The notes beneath the pieces are model-generated. The model searched no databases and was not told where the DNA came from. It saw nothing but the letters and a program-made list of their open reading frames with translations. From NCBI RefSeq assembly GCF_006345805.1, contig NC_043002.1, forward strand, positions 13,888,001 to 13,952,000: a stretch of 64,000 bases of DNA, in the 5' to 3' direction. The first letter of the stretch is position 1. Every line of letters starts with the position of its first letter. This DNA is from Octopus sinensis (lineage: Eukaryota). This document shows, piece by piece, positions 38,085-50,012 of this stretch. A program made the position numbers and the translations under genes.

Positions 38085-38137
38085 TGAGAACGTACGTTTC
38101 AAGATTAGTCAAACTCGACACTTCTATCATCAGCTCA
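38085..38137 (-). ncRNA. Minimal type-I hammerhead (inverted unit)
   Basis: tgag-CUGAUGA-t-aga...tct-t-GAA-ACGUACGU-U-ctca. Confidence 0.78.
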
Positions 38138-38765
38138 GAACTCCCTGGTTGGATTGAAAACACTGAAAGTGGAGCATACTCCTTCGGCCTCCTATCGCTT
38201 TTGAAGATCCGCTCGTAACTAACAGTGCCAACAACCCAAATATGCAAGCGAAGAATTTCTGCTCTCCCCTTTCCACCAGCGTGGGTTAAAATCAGCAACA
38301 CTATGCTTTTTTCGGTAAAATCCGAGGCATTTAAATAGAGACAGATGAATATAATTTCAACAATTGAGGGTAAAATTAATTAATTAATCAATTTCACCAA
38401 GTGTTCATTATGCAAAGGGACCATTTAAGGCGAATTCAAATTATTTCATTATATAAAAGGGCTTAGTAAAATAAATGGTCCCTTTGCATACTGAACACTT
38501 GGTGAAATTGATTAATTAATTAATTTTACCCTCAATTGTTGAAATTATAATTCATCTCTCTCTATTTAAATGCCTCGGATTTTACCGAAAAAAGCATAGT
38601 GTTTGCTGATTTTAACCCACGCTGGTGGAAAGGGGAGAGCAGAAATTCTTCGCTTGCATATTTGGGTTTGTTGGCACTGTTAGTTACGAGCGGATCTTCA
38701 AAAGCGATAGGAGGCTGAAGGAGTATGCTCCCACTTTCAGTGTTTTCAAATCCAACCAGGAGTTC

Positions 38766-38818
38766 TGAGCTGATGATAGAAGTGTCGAGTTTGACTAATC
38801 TTGAAACGTACGTTCTCA
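38766..38818 (+). ncRNA. Minimal type-I hammerhead (unit 1)
   Basis: Stem I tgag/ctca; CUGAUGA 38770-38776; GAAA 38803-38806; palindrome ACGUACGU; GUU site. Confidence 0.78.
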
Positions 38819-39325
38819 AATAACCTTTGCATCTGATTTTTTAATGTCTCTACCCCCCATACTTCCGTGAGTTGAATTGAGCAACACTATATGAGAGAGG
38901 TTTTCTTTAAGTATTAGAAATAGTTTTATAAATGTTTTTTTAGCTGCTATTTCTAATGAGTTCAGTATGCGGCAAAGTAATTATTTTACTAAGCCCTTTT
39001 ATATAATGTAATAATTTGAATTCGCTTAAATGGTCCCTTTGCATACTGAACACTTGGTGCAAATTGATTAATTAATTAATTTTACCCTCAATTGTTGAAA
39101 TTATAATTCATCTCTCTCTATTTAAATGCCTCGGATTTTACCGAAAAAAAAAGCATAGTGTTTGCTTATTTTAACCCACGCTGGTGGAAAGGGGAGAGCA
39201 GAAATTCTTCGCTTGCATATTTGGGTTTGTGGCACTGTTAGTTACGAGCGGATCTTCAAAAGCGATAGGAGGCCGAAGGAGTATGCTCCCACTTTCAGTG
39301 TTTTCAAATCCAAACCAGGGAGTTC

Positions 39326-39378
39326 TGAGCTGATGATAGAAGTGTCGAGTTTGACTAATCTTGAAACGTACGTTCTCA
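39326..39378 (+). ncRNA. Minimal type-I hammerhead (unit 2)
   Basis: Identical to 38766-38818. Confidence 0.78.
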
Positions 39379-39765
39379 ATAACCTTTGCATCTGATTTTT
39401 TAATGTCTCTACCCCCCATACTTCCGTGAGTTGAATTGAGCAAACACTATATGAGAGAGGTTTTCTTTAAGTATTAGAATAGTTTTATAAATGTTTTTTT
39501 AGCTGCTATTTCTAATGAGTTCAGTATGCGGCAAAGTAATTTATTTTACTAAGCCCTTTTATATAATGTAATAATTTGAATTCGCCTTAAATGGTCCCTT
39601 TGCATACTGAACACTTGGTGAAATTGATTAATTAATTAATTTTACCCTCAATTGTTGAAATTATATATATATATATATATTTTCATTGATAAATTTATAT
39701 TATTTATAGTTTTAGTCATTTTAAATTTATATCTTAAAAATATTGATTATTTTTAGATCTGAAAT

Positions 39766-39811
39766 CCACCTGATGAATGTCCTGAGAAGAGACATGAAAC
39801 AATTGTAGTGG
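39766..39811 (+). ncRNA. Compact minimal type-I hammerhead
   Basis: ccac-CUGAUGA-atgtc/gacat-GAA-ACAAUUGU-A-gtgg; all stems Watson-Crick; GUA site. Confidence 0.85.
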
Positions 39812-39905
39812 CGAATATAATTTTATTTAATTTATATTAAAATTTTTTTTGTATTGGATTAAGTCTTTCTTTGTTTGATTTGCAAAATAGTAGTTTTGTC
39901 TCTAA

Positions 39906-39990
<85 letters not shown>

Positions 39991-40600
39991 ATATATATGT
40001 ATGTATATATATATATTGGTGGGAGGAAACACGAAACAGAACCACGTACTGAATATTCGTACCACATTATACATTGTATGCCGTTTAAGTAATATTTAAG
40101 ATAGAATCTAAACTACAACCTCACGAAAAGAAAAGTTAATATTATTGTCGAAATAATTATTTCAGTACAGAAGTTAATAGCATAGAGTTCCTTCGGTAAG
40201 TTTAGGACATTCCTGCAATGTAATATGTGTTTCCTTTTTATATACGTTTTGTTCCGTTCGTTTTCTAAGGGCAAGTTTTGCTATACTTCAAAGAACCGCG
40301 ATGAGTAGATCTACTTATTGAACTTGCATATCAGAACGTTTGTTGTGAGTGTTTGATTAATAATTTGAGTTCTCTGACAGCCTGTATATGATTACGTCTG
40401 AAATATGATTACTCGTTTAGCTCACACTATATACAAATATGTTTGCGCATGAACACGCGTATACATACCTACATGCATACATACATACATACATACATAC
40501 ATACATGCATACATACGTATGCATATCCCAAGATTTATATATCTATATATATGCATAAATGTGGGTATCTCTTTTATATTCTCTCTCTCTCTCTCTGTCT

Positions 40601-40634
<34 letters not shown>

Positions 40635-40643
40635 CCCTCCCCC

Positions 40644-40703
<60 letters not shown>

Positions 40704-41524
40704 TATACATAAGTACATGTTTATATATCTATGCATTTCTATGTATACGTAAGGACAAAGTATGTTTGTTTTTTTTATGCACGCGTGTATGTGCATATAT
40801 ATATATGCCTACATGCATACACATACAGACGCAGACACACACGCACACACACACACACACATCGACTTGCCCTGTTCTCCAAAATTGCTGGCCTTGTACC
40901 AAAAATTAAATCAATATATTCCTTATATGGAATGAGGCCAGCTAGCAGAATCGTTGGCACATCGAGCAAAAATACTCTACGGTATTTCGTCAGTCTTTAC
41001 GTTCTGAGTTCAAATTCTGTCGACACCAACTTTCTCTTCACTAGGATCGATGTATTCGACTTACGAGTGCTTGATCCAAAATTTAAACCAGTGTTATACA
41101 TATATGAGGAGTTAAAGTGAAAATAATGATTAATAAAGTGGGTATCTAGACACATTTGAAGTTTTAGTTTCGCGTTCAAATTCCATCACCATCACGTTTA
41201 CTTCTAATGTTTATGAAGTCAATAGAAATGAAGTAAAGACCGATGTCCGCAGTACATTCTTCGCGTCAAATTTGCCACATTGAGACTATGCTATAAAATG
41301 AAGGGATTTTATAAAAAGGACATGCTTATTATTTGGAATTCATATTTAGGCGCAGGCGTGGTTGTGAGTGCCTAGGAAACATGCTTTGCAAGGACGTAAT
41401 TTCGGTGTCCGGGTCAAGGGTATTTTAGTATACATCAGAAACAACCAATGCCTTGTGTGTCAATTTTGAAAGCGGAAAACTGTCTGAAAGTCCATCGTAT
41501 ATATGCGTACAAATACATACATAC

Positions 41525-41574
<50 letters not shown>

Positions 41575-41756
41575 ACACACACACCACAACCACATAGACA
41601 CACACACACACACATACACACACACACACATATAAGTATATTACACACACAGACACATGTATATATAGTGAGAATTTACAAAAAAACACAAAAGACGAAG
41701 ACGGGTGTGTAAATTACAAACAAATGTATTAGTTTAACGTTCGGGAAGTGAGAAAG

Positions 41757-41796
41757 TCCTTTACGTTTCGAGCCTACGCTCTTTGACAGGAAGGAA
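41757..41796 (-). ncRNA. Second copy of the U6-variant hammerhead-like family (core CUGUCAA)
   Basis: Same element as ~30800-30945; gagc-gtag-gctc-gaaacgta-aagga conserved. Confidence 0.4.
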
Positions 41797-44308
41797 CACA
41801 GAAATAAACAGGGAGAGACAATAGAAAATGCATAGTGGCTTGCGATGCAAATTTGGATTAAAACAACTCAAGGAATATAAACAAAATTGGGCTAGCTTTT
41901 TATCCATATTTGAATTATTGTTTCTCTAGCATTAAACTCTGGGATAGCCCAGTGGATGTTTCTCACTCCATTTTGCATATAGTCAAGGAGAGCGATTTAA
42001 CTTGCATTGGGCCTCGTTTCGGAAACGTGGTATTGACATGTCACAAAAATTACGACACATCGATGCCTAGGTGAATGGAACCGTATGTTATCTCGCTTGT
42101 CTCTGTCTTCCAGGTGTTTCAACACCAGGCGCATCGACGAGAATATATTCTCCTACGTCTATGAGCGCAGCCTAACCACGAATTAACAAAGCATATACCC
42201 TCCATATGTATATTATGTGTGTGTGTCTGTGTCTTTCTGTCGCGTTATTTACCGCCGGTGTTATTTTCAAGAAACCGGTTATATAATTACCAATGTAAAA
42301 AAAAAATCCGAATAATTACTGGGGCCGATTTTTTCTACTAATCATTACAAAGCATGCCCTAGAATGGCTGCAATTCAATAATAGAAACAGATGAATTATA
42401 ACAGACAGAAATTAAAACTGTACCAGACTGGAAAAATAATCTTAGTCATATAATAATGCTATTACAGAATTCTCACTGCAGTTGGAGTCAAAGGTATTAC
42501 TAATGTCAAAGAAAGAGCCATTTGTCTAAAATTCTCGTTGGATATCTTTCCACAAATGTCAAATTAATTAATAACTGAATGCCATTTGGCTGGTTCAGTT
42601 AAGACATGTTATAAATATTTAAATGTAGTTCAGTTTTCTTTTCTATGCATAATGCATGAACAATGCCAGTGAAATTTAAATAACTCCTCTGCACACTATG
42701 TATCCAGCGGTGTGCTCTTCATATTATGATACTTCACTTGAATCCAGAACGCCTAATCTACAAAAGTTTACACTTTCAAGAAACAAACAAGTGGTAGGTG
42801 TTTTGATTATTGCTAATGTCTTAAAAGAACGAGAGAGGCAGAATAATAGAATGTCAAATTAAAGTGTTCTGGTTTCCAGTTTCACTGTGGTTATTTCATT
42901 GATGTAATAACAATGGATTTACTGACAAATCTGCCGTTATACAGACAAGCTCAATACCATTGAGGAGATATATTGTAGCCGAGCCTTTTGTTAGTATAAT
43001 TATGCATACCATGTGTTTCGTAAGTTTAAGAAGAAAGATAATTTAATCAAAAATGGATGGTATCTAATGAATATGATGTTCGACAAATTGTGGACTCATG
43101 TGGATTAATTCTAGCTAGGAAGTATTGCAGTATAATATACTTCTACGCTTAAAACCGTAACGATGATCGTGCAGCAATTTTTTACTCATGACACATAGGC
43201 AATAAGTTCAAAGAATTTCCCACTGGGCTCTGCCGGTGGCCTGCCTTTCGTAATATACACATCATTTACGTAATCTCTCATTGTATTGTCAAAGCAATTA
43301 ACATCTACTTACTGCGTTATCAAAATCGATGTTATTTTTTATGGAAACAATAATTTATAATATTGACAATTACTGAATGCTGGTAGTTAAACAGTGAGAA
43401 TAATATAACTTTGACAGAAATAAAAGTTTGCTTTGTGTGTAGACATGCTATCATTAGCATTAAATTTTTCGCACTGTTATACACATGCACATGCGCAACA
43501 TATTCAGCCAACACAAAAACACAGACACACAAATACACCCCCCCCACACACACACATACACAGGAACACACACACATGCAAGTTAAGATCCAAGGATCAA
43601 GGTGTAGGAAATTAGTAAGCTTCGAACAGTCCGTAGACGAAGGAATAGAAACAGCTTTCAGGAACAAAATGTTTTTTATACATTTTTGGGACTGCTCGAA
43701 GCTTACTATACACATACATACATACATACATACATACATACATACAACATACATACATACATACATACTACATACATACACACACACACACATACATATA
43801 TATATCCTAGGTTCACACTGCGGTAACGTTCCCACAATGTCGAAGCCCAATTACTGTTTCCAGATTTGCAATTTGGTTCCCCCTTCCTTCTCTCTTCATC
43901 TCTCTCTCTCTCACTCACACAGCTCTGTCCATATACATACATACATACAATCATACACACACACCCATACATACATACATACATACATACACACACACAT
44001 ACACGCACACACACACATACACACACACACGCACACACACACACACATATATATGCATATATTATCAAAGGTTCTTTCCCACCCATCTTCTCACGAGGCC
44101 GAAACATTCGCCACTGGAAGAGACACCGATCCATCACTGGGTTGCTAATCTTTTCCAGCTTATTGGACTGAAGCGACGCCTACAGAAATACATTACAACC
44201 TACTGCCCGGTTAGTAATTGAAACTACAATCTTACGATCACGAGTACAACACCCTAGCCACTAAACCACGTGCCTCCACGCCCACACACAAACTTATATA
44301 CTAATCCT

Positions 44309-44535
44309 GGCGAGCTGGCAGACACGTTAGCAGGCCGGGCGAAATGCGTAGCCGTATTTCGTCTGCCGTTACGTTCTGAGTTCAAATTCCACCGAGGTCG
44401 ACTTTGCCTTTCATCCTTTCGGGATCGATTACATAAGTAGCAGTTACGCACTGGGGTCGATATAATCGACTTAATCCGTTTGTCTGTCCTTGTTTGTCCT
44501 CTCTGTGTTTAGCCCCTTGTGGGTAGTAAAGAAAT
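44309..44535 (+). mobile_element. Family-B SINE
   Basis: Matches 24551-24783; no TSD seen. Confidence 0.88.
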
Positions 44536-44850
44536 ACCTGTCCCCATTTTTGAAGTGGATCAGTTGATATAATCACTGGTCGGCTAAAATTTTCAATATA
44601 TTTTAAAGTTGAATTGCTAGCATCCTCACGGGATTTTCTAATTTCTTCTCTAAAGAAATCATCTTTAATATAGCTCCTTATTAAGAAAGGGCTCAAGCTG
44701 ATAGGGAAACCAAAAGTAAAATAAAAAATCGTACCTACCAACCAATATACACTCACTGCAGAAACTAAGAGTTAGCCTCTTCATCTTATCTCATCTTTTC
44801 TTCGCAGTGCAACAACCAGAATTGCAAAAACGTTAATGACCTTGCTAGAT

Positions 44851-45046
44851 ACTCTTTTCTCTTTTACTTGTTTCAGTCATTTGACTGTGGCCTTGCTGGA
44901 GCATCATCTTTAGTCGAACAAGTCAACTAGTACTTATTCTATCAGTCTCTTTTGCCGAACAGCTAAGTTACGGGGACGTAAACACACCAGCATCGGTTGT
45001 CACGCGATGCTGGGGGGACAATCACAGACAAACAATCATACACACA

Positions 45047-45115
<69 letters not shown>

Positions 45116-45299
45116 TATATTATATATATATATATACATATATACGACGGACTTCTTTCAGTTTCCGTCTACCAAATCCACTCACAAGGATTTGGTCGGC
45201 CCGAGGCTATAGTAGAAGACACTTTCCCAAGGTGTCACGCAGTGGGACTGAACCCGGAACCATGTGGCTGGTAAGCAAGCTACTTACCACACAGCCACT
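44851..45299 (-). mobile_element. Family-A SINE with expanded internal microsatellite
   Basis: Head (5'-truncated), body and tail present. Confidence 0.88.
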
Positions 45300-45648
45300 A
45301 GGTTCATAGATGTCTCATCGGGAGGTTTGATGTGCTGATAATCTATATTTGCTGATGTAATGTGAAAACATTCATTTCAAGTATATACACCAATGGCATT
45401 CTATGTGGCATATGCAGGAGTGTAGAATACGATTTATACTGTGTTACATTCCATAAAACAATAAATAATTTATTTGTCTATGAAACTGATGCAGGGTTTT
45501 CTAACAAACTGAATGGCTCTACTTATACCGCATTAATTATGCTGGGATCAAATTTTAATTGCTTCTTGTGTGTTAAAGTTGCATAGTGATCTCTATTCTA
45601 CTGATCAATAAAGCTCAGAAAATAATTATTTCGAATGACTACAAGGAT

Positions 45649-45948
45649 GAAGGCGCAATGGATCAGTGATTAGGGATGTGGACTCGCGGTCGGAGCATCG
45701 CCGTTTCGATTCCCAGACCGGGCGTTGTGTGTGTTTATTGAGAGAAAACTCCTAAAGCTTCAGGGGTGGTGGCGACCCCTGTTGTACTCTTTGGCCCCAA
45801 CTTTCTCTCACTCTTTTTTCCTGCTTCTTGAGTAACGCTGCGATGGACTGGCGCCCCGTCCAGCAGGGAGGAACACATACACCATAGAAACCGAGAGACC
45901 GGGCCCATGAGTTTGGCTAGGCTTGAAAAGGGCGCATAAATAAATAAA
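45649..45948 (+). mobile_element. Hybrid SINE: family-D head/body with family-C tail
   Basis: Head and body as in 7965-8356; from tgagtaacgctgcgatggactgg onward as in 19942-20443. Confidence 0.82.
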
Positions 45949-46400
45949 AAATCATAAGGATAATTTAGGTAATAGTCATGCTTATATGATTGGAATGAGA
46001 CGCTAGTATTTCAAATATGATGATCTCAAAAACCGTAAACATTTATGAGTAGGGATCACAGACACACACAGACTCACACACATACACACACACAGAGGCT
46101 CACACAGTCATACGCACGCGTATGTAGATGGATTCTCCTTTCACTGATCACACGAGGGCTTGCAATTTCTTGCTGAACGGCCTGTAGTGCCGATTTGTTT
46201 CCAGGGTTGATCAAATGCTTGGGCTATACATTGGCTCACCCTTTTAATGAACCTGGCATTGCAAGTACAGCTGCACATCGCTGAGCAACATGAGATAAAG
46301 TGATTCGCTCAAAACGACACACCGGCTGGTCCGACAATCAATGCAATGGCCCCACGGTCATGAGTGCCGCACCCTTAACACAAGGAAACGTACGTTTATA

Positions 46401-46457
<57 letters not shown>

Positions 46458-46743
46458 GATTAATTAATTAATAAGGGTGAGAGAATTAGATACTAATTTA
46501 ATAGTATATCTATTCAACACCAAGTGGCCTAATGCTCCGAGAAACCTGGATTATTATAATATTTTATAATATATTATAATATTATTACAAAATAAATATA
46601 AGAGAGTGGTCACTATATGGCTCACTCTAGCACCAGTTAATCCAAAAGGTTTCAACCACAAAAATACATGTTTCCCATGAAAGTCAGTACGATGGTTAGC
46701 TCACACGGACAGGGCAAATAAAAAATAACAAAAATACAGATTA

Positions 46744-46825
46744 TTTTGGGACAATTGTTTCGCTATTAATGAATTAAATGTAATTTTACTTACAAAAAAA
46801 TCCACTTGTAGCTCGTCAGCCAAAA
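46744..46825 (-). ncRNA. Canonical-core type-I hammerhead
   Basis: ttttgg-CUGACGA-gcta...tagc-GAA-ACAAUUGU-C-ccaaaa; 6 bp stem I; G10.1-C11.1 pair; GUC site. Confidence 0.88.
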
Positions 46826-47277
46826 CTATCTGGATGAAATCCACTCAATCACACGCCAGATTTTACCATAACGATAAATACGCGTGTGGTTCAATGATTA
46901 CATCCGACGTTATAATTCAAATGCCCCAACTAACAGCGCGCCAAACTTTCACGGAAAACAAAGACTGCATTTAGAAATAAATGTAGCATAATTATAATTA
47001 ATTAATAAGGGTGAGAGAATTAGATACTAATTTAATAGTATATCTATTCAACACCAAGTGGCCTAATGCTCCGAGAAACCTGGATTATTATAATATTTTA
47101 TAATATATTATAATATTTTTACAAAATAAATATAAGAGAGTGGTCCCTATATGGCTCACTCTAGCACCAGTTAATCCAAAAGGTTTCAACCACAAAAATA
47201 CATGTTTCCCATGAAAGTCAGTACGATTGTTAGCTCACACGGACAGGGCAAATAAAAAATAACAAAAATACAGATTA

Positions 47278-47359
47278 TTGTGGGACAATTGTTTCGCTAT
47301 TAATTAATTAAATGTAATTTTACTTACAAAAAAATCCACTTGTAGCTCGTCAGCCAAAA
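47278..47359 (-). ncRNA. Type-I hammerhead, second tandem copy
   Basis: As 46744-46825 with one stem I mismatch. Confidence 0.82.
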
Positions 47360-47420
47360 CTATCTGGATGAAATCCACTCAATCACACGCCAGATTTTAC
47401 CATAACATGTATATAGATAT

Positions 47421-47491
<71 letters not shown>

Positions 47492-47600
47492 AGATATACA
47501 GAACATACGGTTTCGTGATCGAAAATTCAACAAAAAATGTACTCCATCTGGTGAGAAATAAATATTATATATTTAATGGCAAAAAAAAAAAAAAAATTAT

Positions 47601-47758
47601 AGCTCTAGTAATAGTTTCATATTTTGAGAAATTTAAACATATCCTTCAGGCGCAAACCACATATCATTACGAACTAAAAAATTCTTCTTTATGACATTTC
47701 GCTTGCGCCTGAACAATATACTTGAGTTTTCTCAACATATGAAACTATTAGTAGCGCT
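47601..47758. mobile_element. Short foldback/MITE-like element with ~55 bp imperfect inverted arms
   Basis: agctctagtaatagtttcatat...ttcaggcgcaa versus ttgcgcctgaa...atatgaaactattagtagcgct. Confidence 0.7.
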
Positions 47759-47791
47759 TTAATACATGTATTGTAACCGTAAATACATTAA

Positions 47792-47847
<56 letters not shown>

Positions 47848-48113
47848 ATAATATATAAATAATGCATTTATACGTACATATATGTACATACCCACTTATA
47901 TATGTATATATACAAGCATATGTGGTACAGGACATAAAAAAATCAACAAAATGAGAAACGAGTAGATAAAAAACAAAAACATAGAAAACGAACTTTTTTT
48001 GAACAACGAAATATACTTATAGGGAAACGAGACAGGCCACATAAAGAAATTCCCTTCATCAGTTGTCCCCTGTTTTATTTACTCCGAGTTACGAAGGTAA
48101 GGACAAGATGCGA

Positions 48114-48162
<49 letters not shown>

Positions 48163-48535
48163 GCATATGTATATATATACTCTTTGTGTGTAAGTCTTTG
48201 TGTCTTTTTGGCACCCCCAACTGCCATTACCGTTTGACAACCAGTGTTGGTGTGTACATGATCCCGTAAATTACCGGTTCAGCAAAATACCGATATAATA
48301 AGTTGTAGGTTTAAGAACTGGGGTCGATTTGTTCGAATAAAACACTTCAAGGCGGTGCTCCAGTATCACAGTAATCCACTGACTGAAACAAGTAAAGGAA
48401 TATGAAATTCTTCAATTCAGCATTTTAACAAACACATAGAGTGCTTTATACTGGTTAAGTGGTGGCGTCGATACTAGATTGAAATTACAAACACAGGAAG
48501 TTACCTAGTTTTAGCGTATCAGGTCATTGCAATAT

Positions 48536-50012
48536 CCACCAGGCTATATATAACAGTTATATACACCACCTATATCCACCACCTATATACACCACCTATA
48601 TACACCAGCTATATAAACCAGCTATATACACCAGTTAGATATACTAGCTATATACACTAGCTATATTAACTAGTTATATACACCAGCTATATACACCAGC
48701 TAGATATACCAGCTATATACTCTAGCTATATACATTAGTTATATACACAAGCTACATCCACCACCTATCTACACCAACTATATACACTACCTATATACAC
48801 CAGCAAATACACCAGCTATGTCCACCAGCTATATACACCAGCTATATACACCAGCTATGTCCACAGCTATATACACCAGCAATGCCTACCAGTTATTTAC
48901 ACCGGCTATATACACCAGCTATATACACCAGCTATATACACCAGCTATATACACCAGCTATGTCCACCAGCTATATACACCAGCTATATACACTAGCTAT
49001 GTCCTCTACCTATATACACCAGCTAGATATACCAACAGTATACACCAGCTATATACACAAGCTATGTCCACCAGCTATATACACCAGCTGTGTTTACCAG
49101 CTATATACACCAGCTAGATATACCAACAGTATACACCAGCTATATACACTAGCTATGTCCTCCACCTATATACACTAGCTATATACACTACCTATATACA
49201 CCAGCAATATACACCAGCTATATCCACCACCTATCTACACCAACTATATACACTACCTATATACACCAGCTATATACACTAGCTATATACACTAACTATG
49301 TCCTCCATCTACATACACTAGTTGTATACACCACCTATATCCACGATCTATATACACCAGCTTATCCACCTGCTATATATACCAGCTAGATACACCTGCT
49401 ATATATATCATCTTGATACACCAGTTATATGCACTAGCTATGTACATCAGCTATATACACTAGCTATGTACATCAGCTATATACACTAGCTTATGTACAT
49501 CAGCTATATACACTAGCTATATCCACCAGGTATATCCACCAGCTAGATATACCAGCTATATACACTAGCTATATACACCAGCTATATATACAAGCTATTT
49601 TCACGAGCTATATACACCAGCTATATACACCAGCTAGATAGAGCAGCAATATACACTAGCTATATACACTAACTATGTCCTCCATCTACATACACTAGTT
49701 GTATACACCACCTATATCCACCATCTATATACACCAGCTATATCCACCTGCTATATATACCAGCTAGATACACCTTCTATATATACCAGCTTGATACACC
49801 AGTTATATACACTAGCTATGTACATCAGCTATATACACTAGCTATGTACATCAGCTATATACACAGGCTATATCCACCAGGTATATCCACCAGCTATATA
49901 CACTAGCTATATACACCAGCTATATATACAAGCTATTTTATGAGCTATATACACCAGCTATATCCACCAGCTATATACACCAGCTAGTTAGAGCAGCAAT
50001 ATACACTAGCTA
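48536..50012. repeat. Degenerate 13 bp minisatellite (consensus ATATACACCAGCT), ~1.5 kb
   Basis: Directly visible; produces the YTPAIYTS ORFs. Confidence 0.95.

Larger units (their letters stand above)
37896..39665. mobile_element. Array of ~556 bp hammerhead-bearing units: one inverted, two direct and one partial
   Basis: Unit starts (aaatggtccc) at 38473, 39028 and 39589; 37896-38475 is the same unit reverse-complemented. Confidence 0.9.
46461..47406 (-). mobile_element. Tandem 534 bp hammerhead-bearing units (1.77 copies) between microsatellites
   Basis: 46461-46872 is repeated at 46995-47406 with few differences; one hammerhead per unit. Confidence 0.9.

Noticed and set aside
38080-39443. 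ORFs within the 556 bp units as a protein gene
   Set aside because: Frames differ between near-identical copies and show no RT or GIY-YIG motifs. Copy differences are mostly homopolymer indels that may be sequencing errors, so I did not use them for dating.
47990-48066. Minus-strand CUGAUGA-AGGG...CCCU (related element at 9790-9812) as a hammerhead
   Set aside because: The GAAA half of the core is missing in both copies; possibly ancestral but unsupported.
48536-50012. Minisatellite as a CRISPR array or repeat protein
   Set aside because: No unique spacers, eukaryotic context, and a 13 bp period that is not codon-phased.
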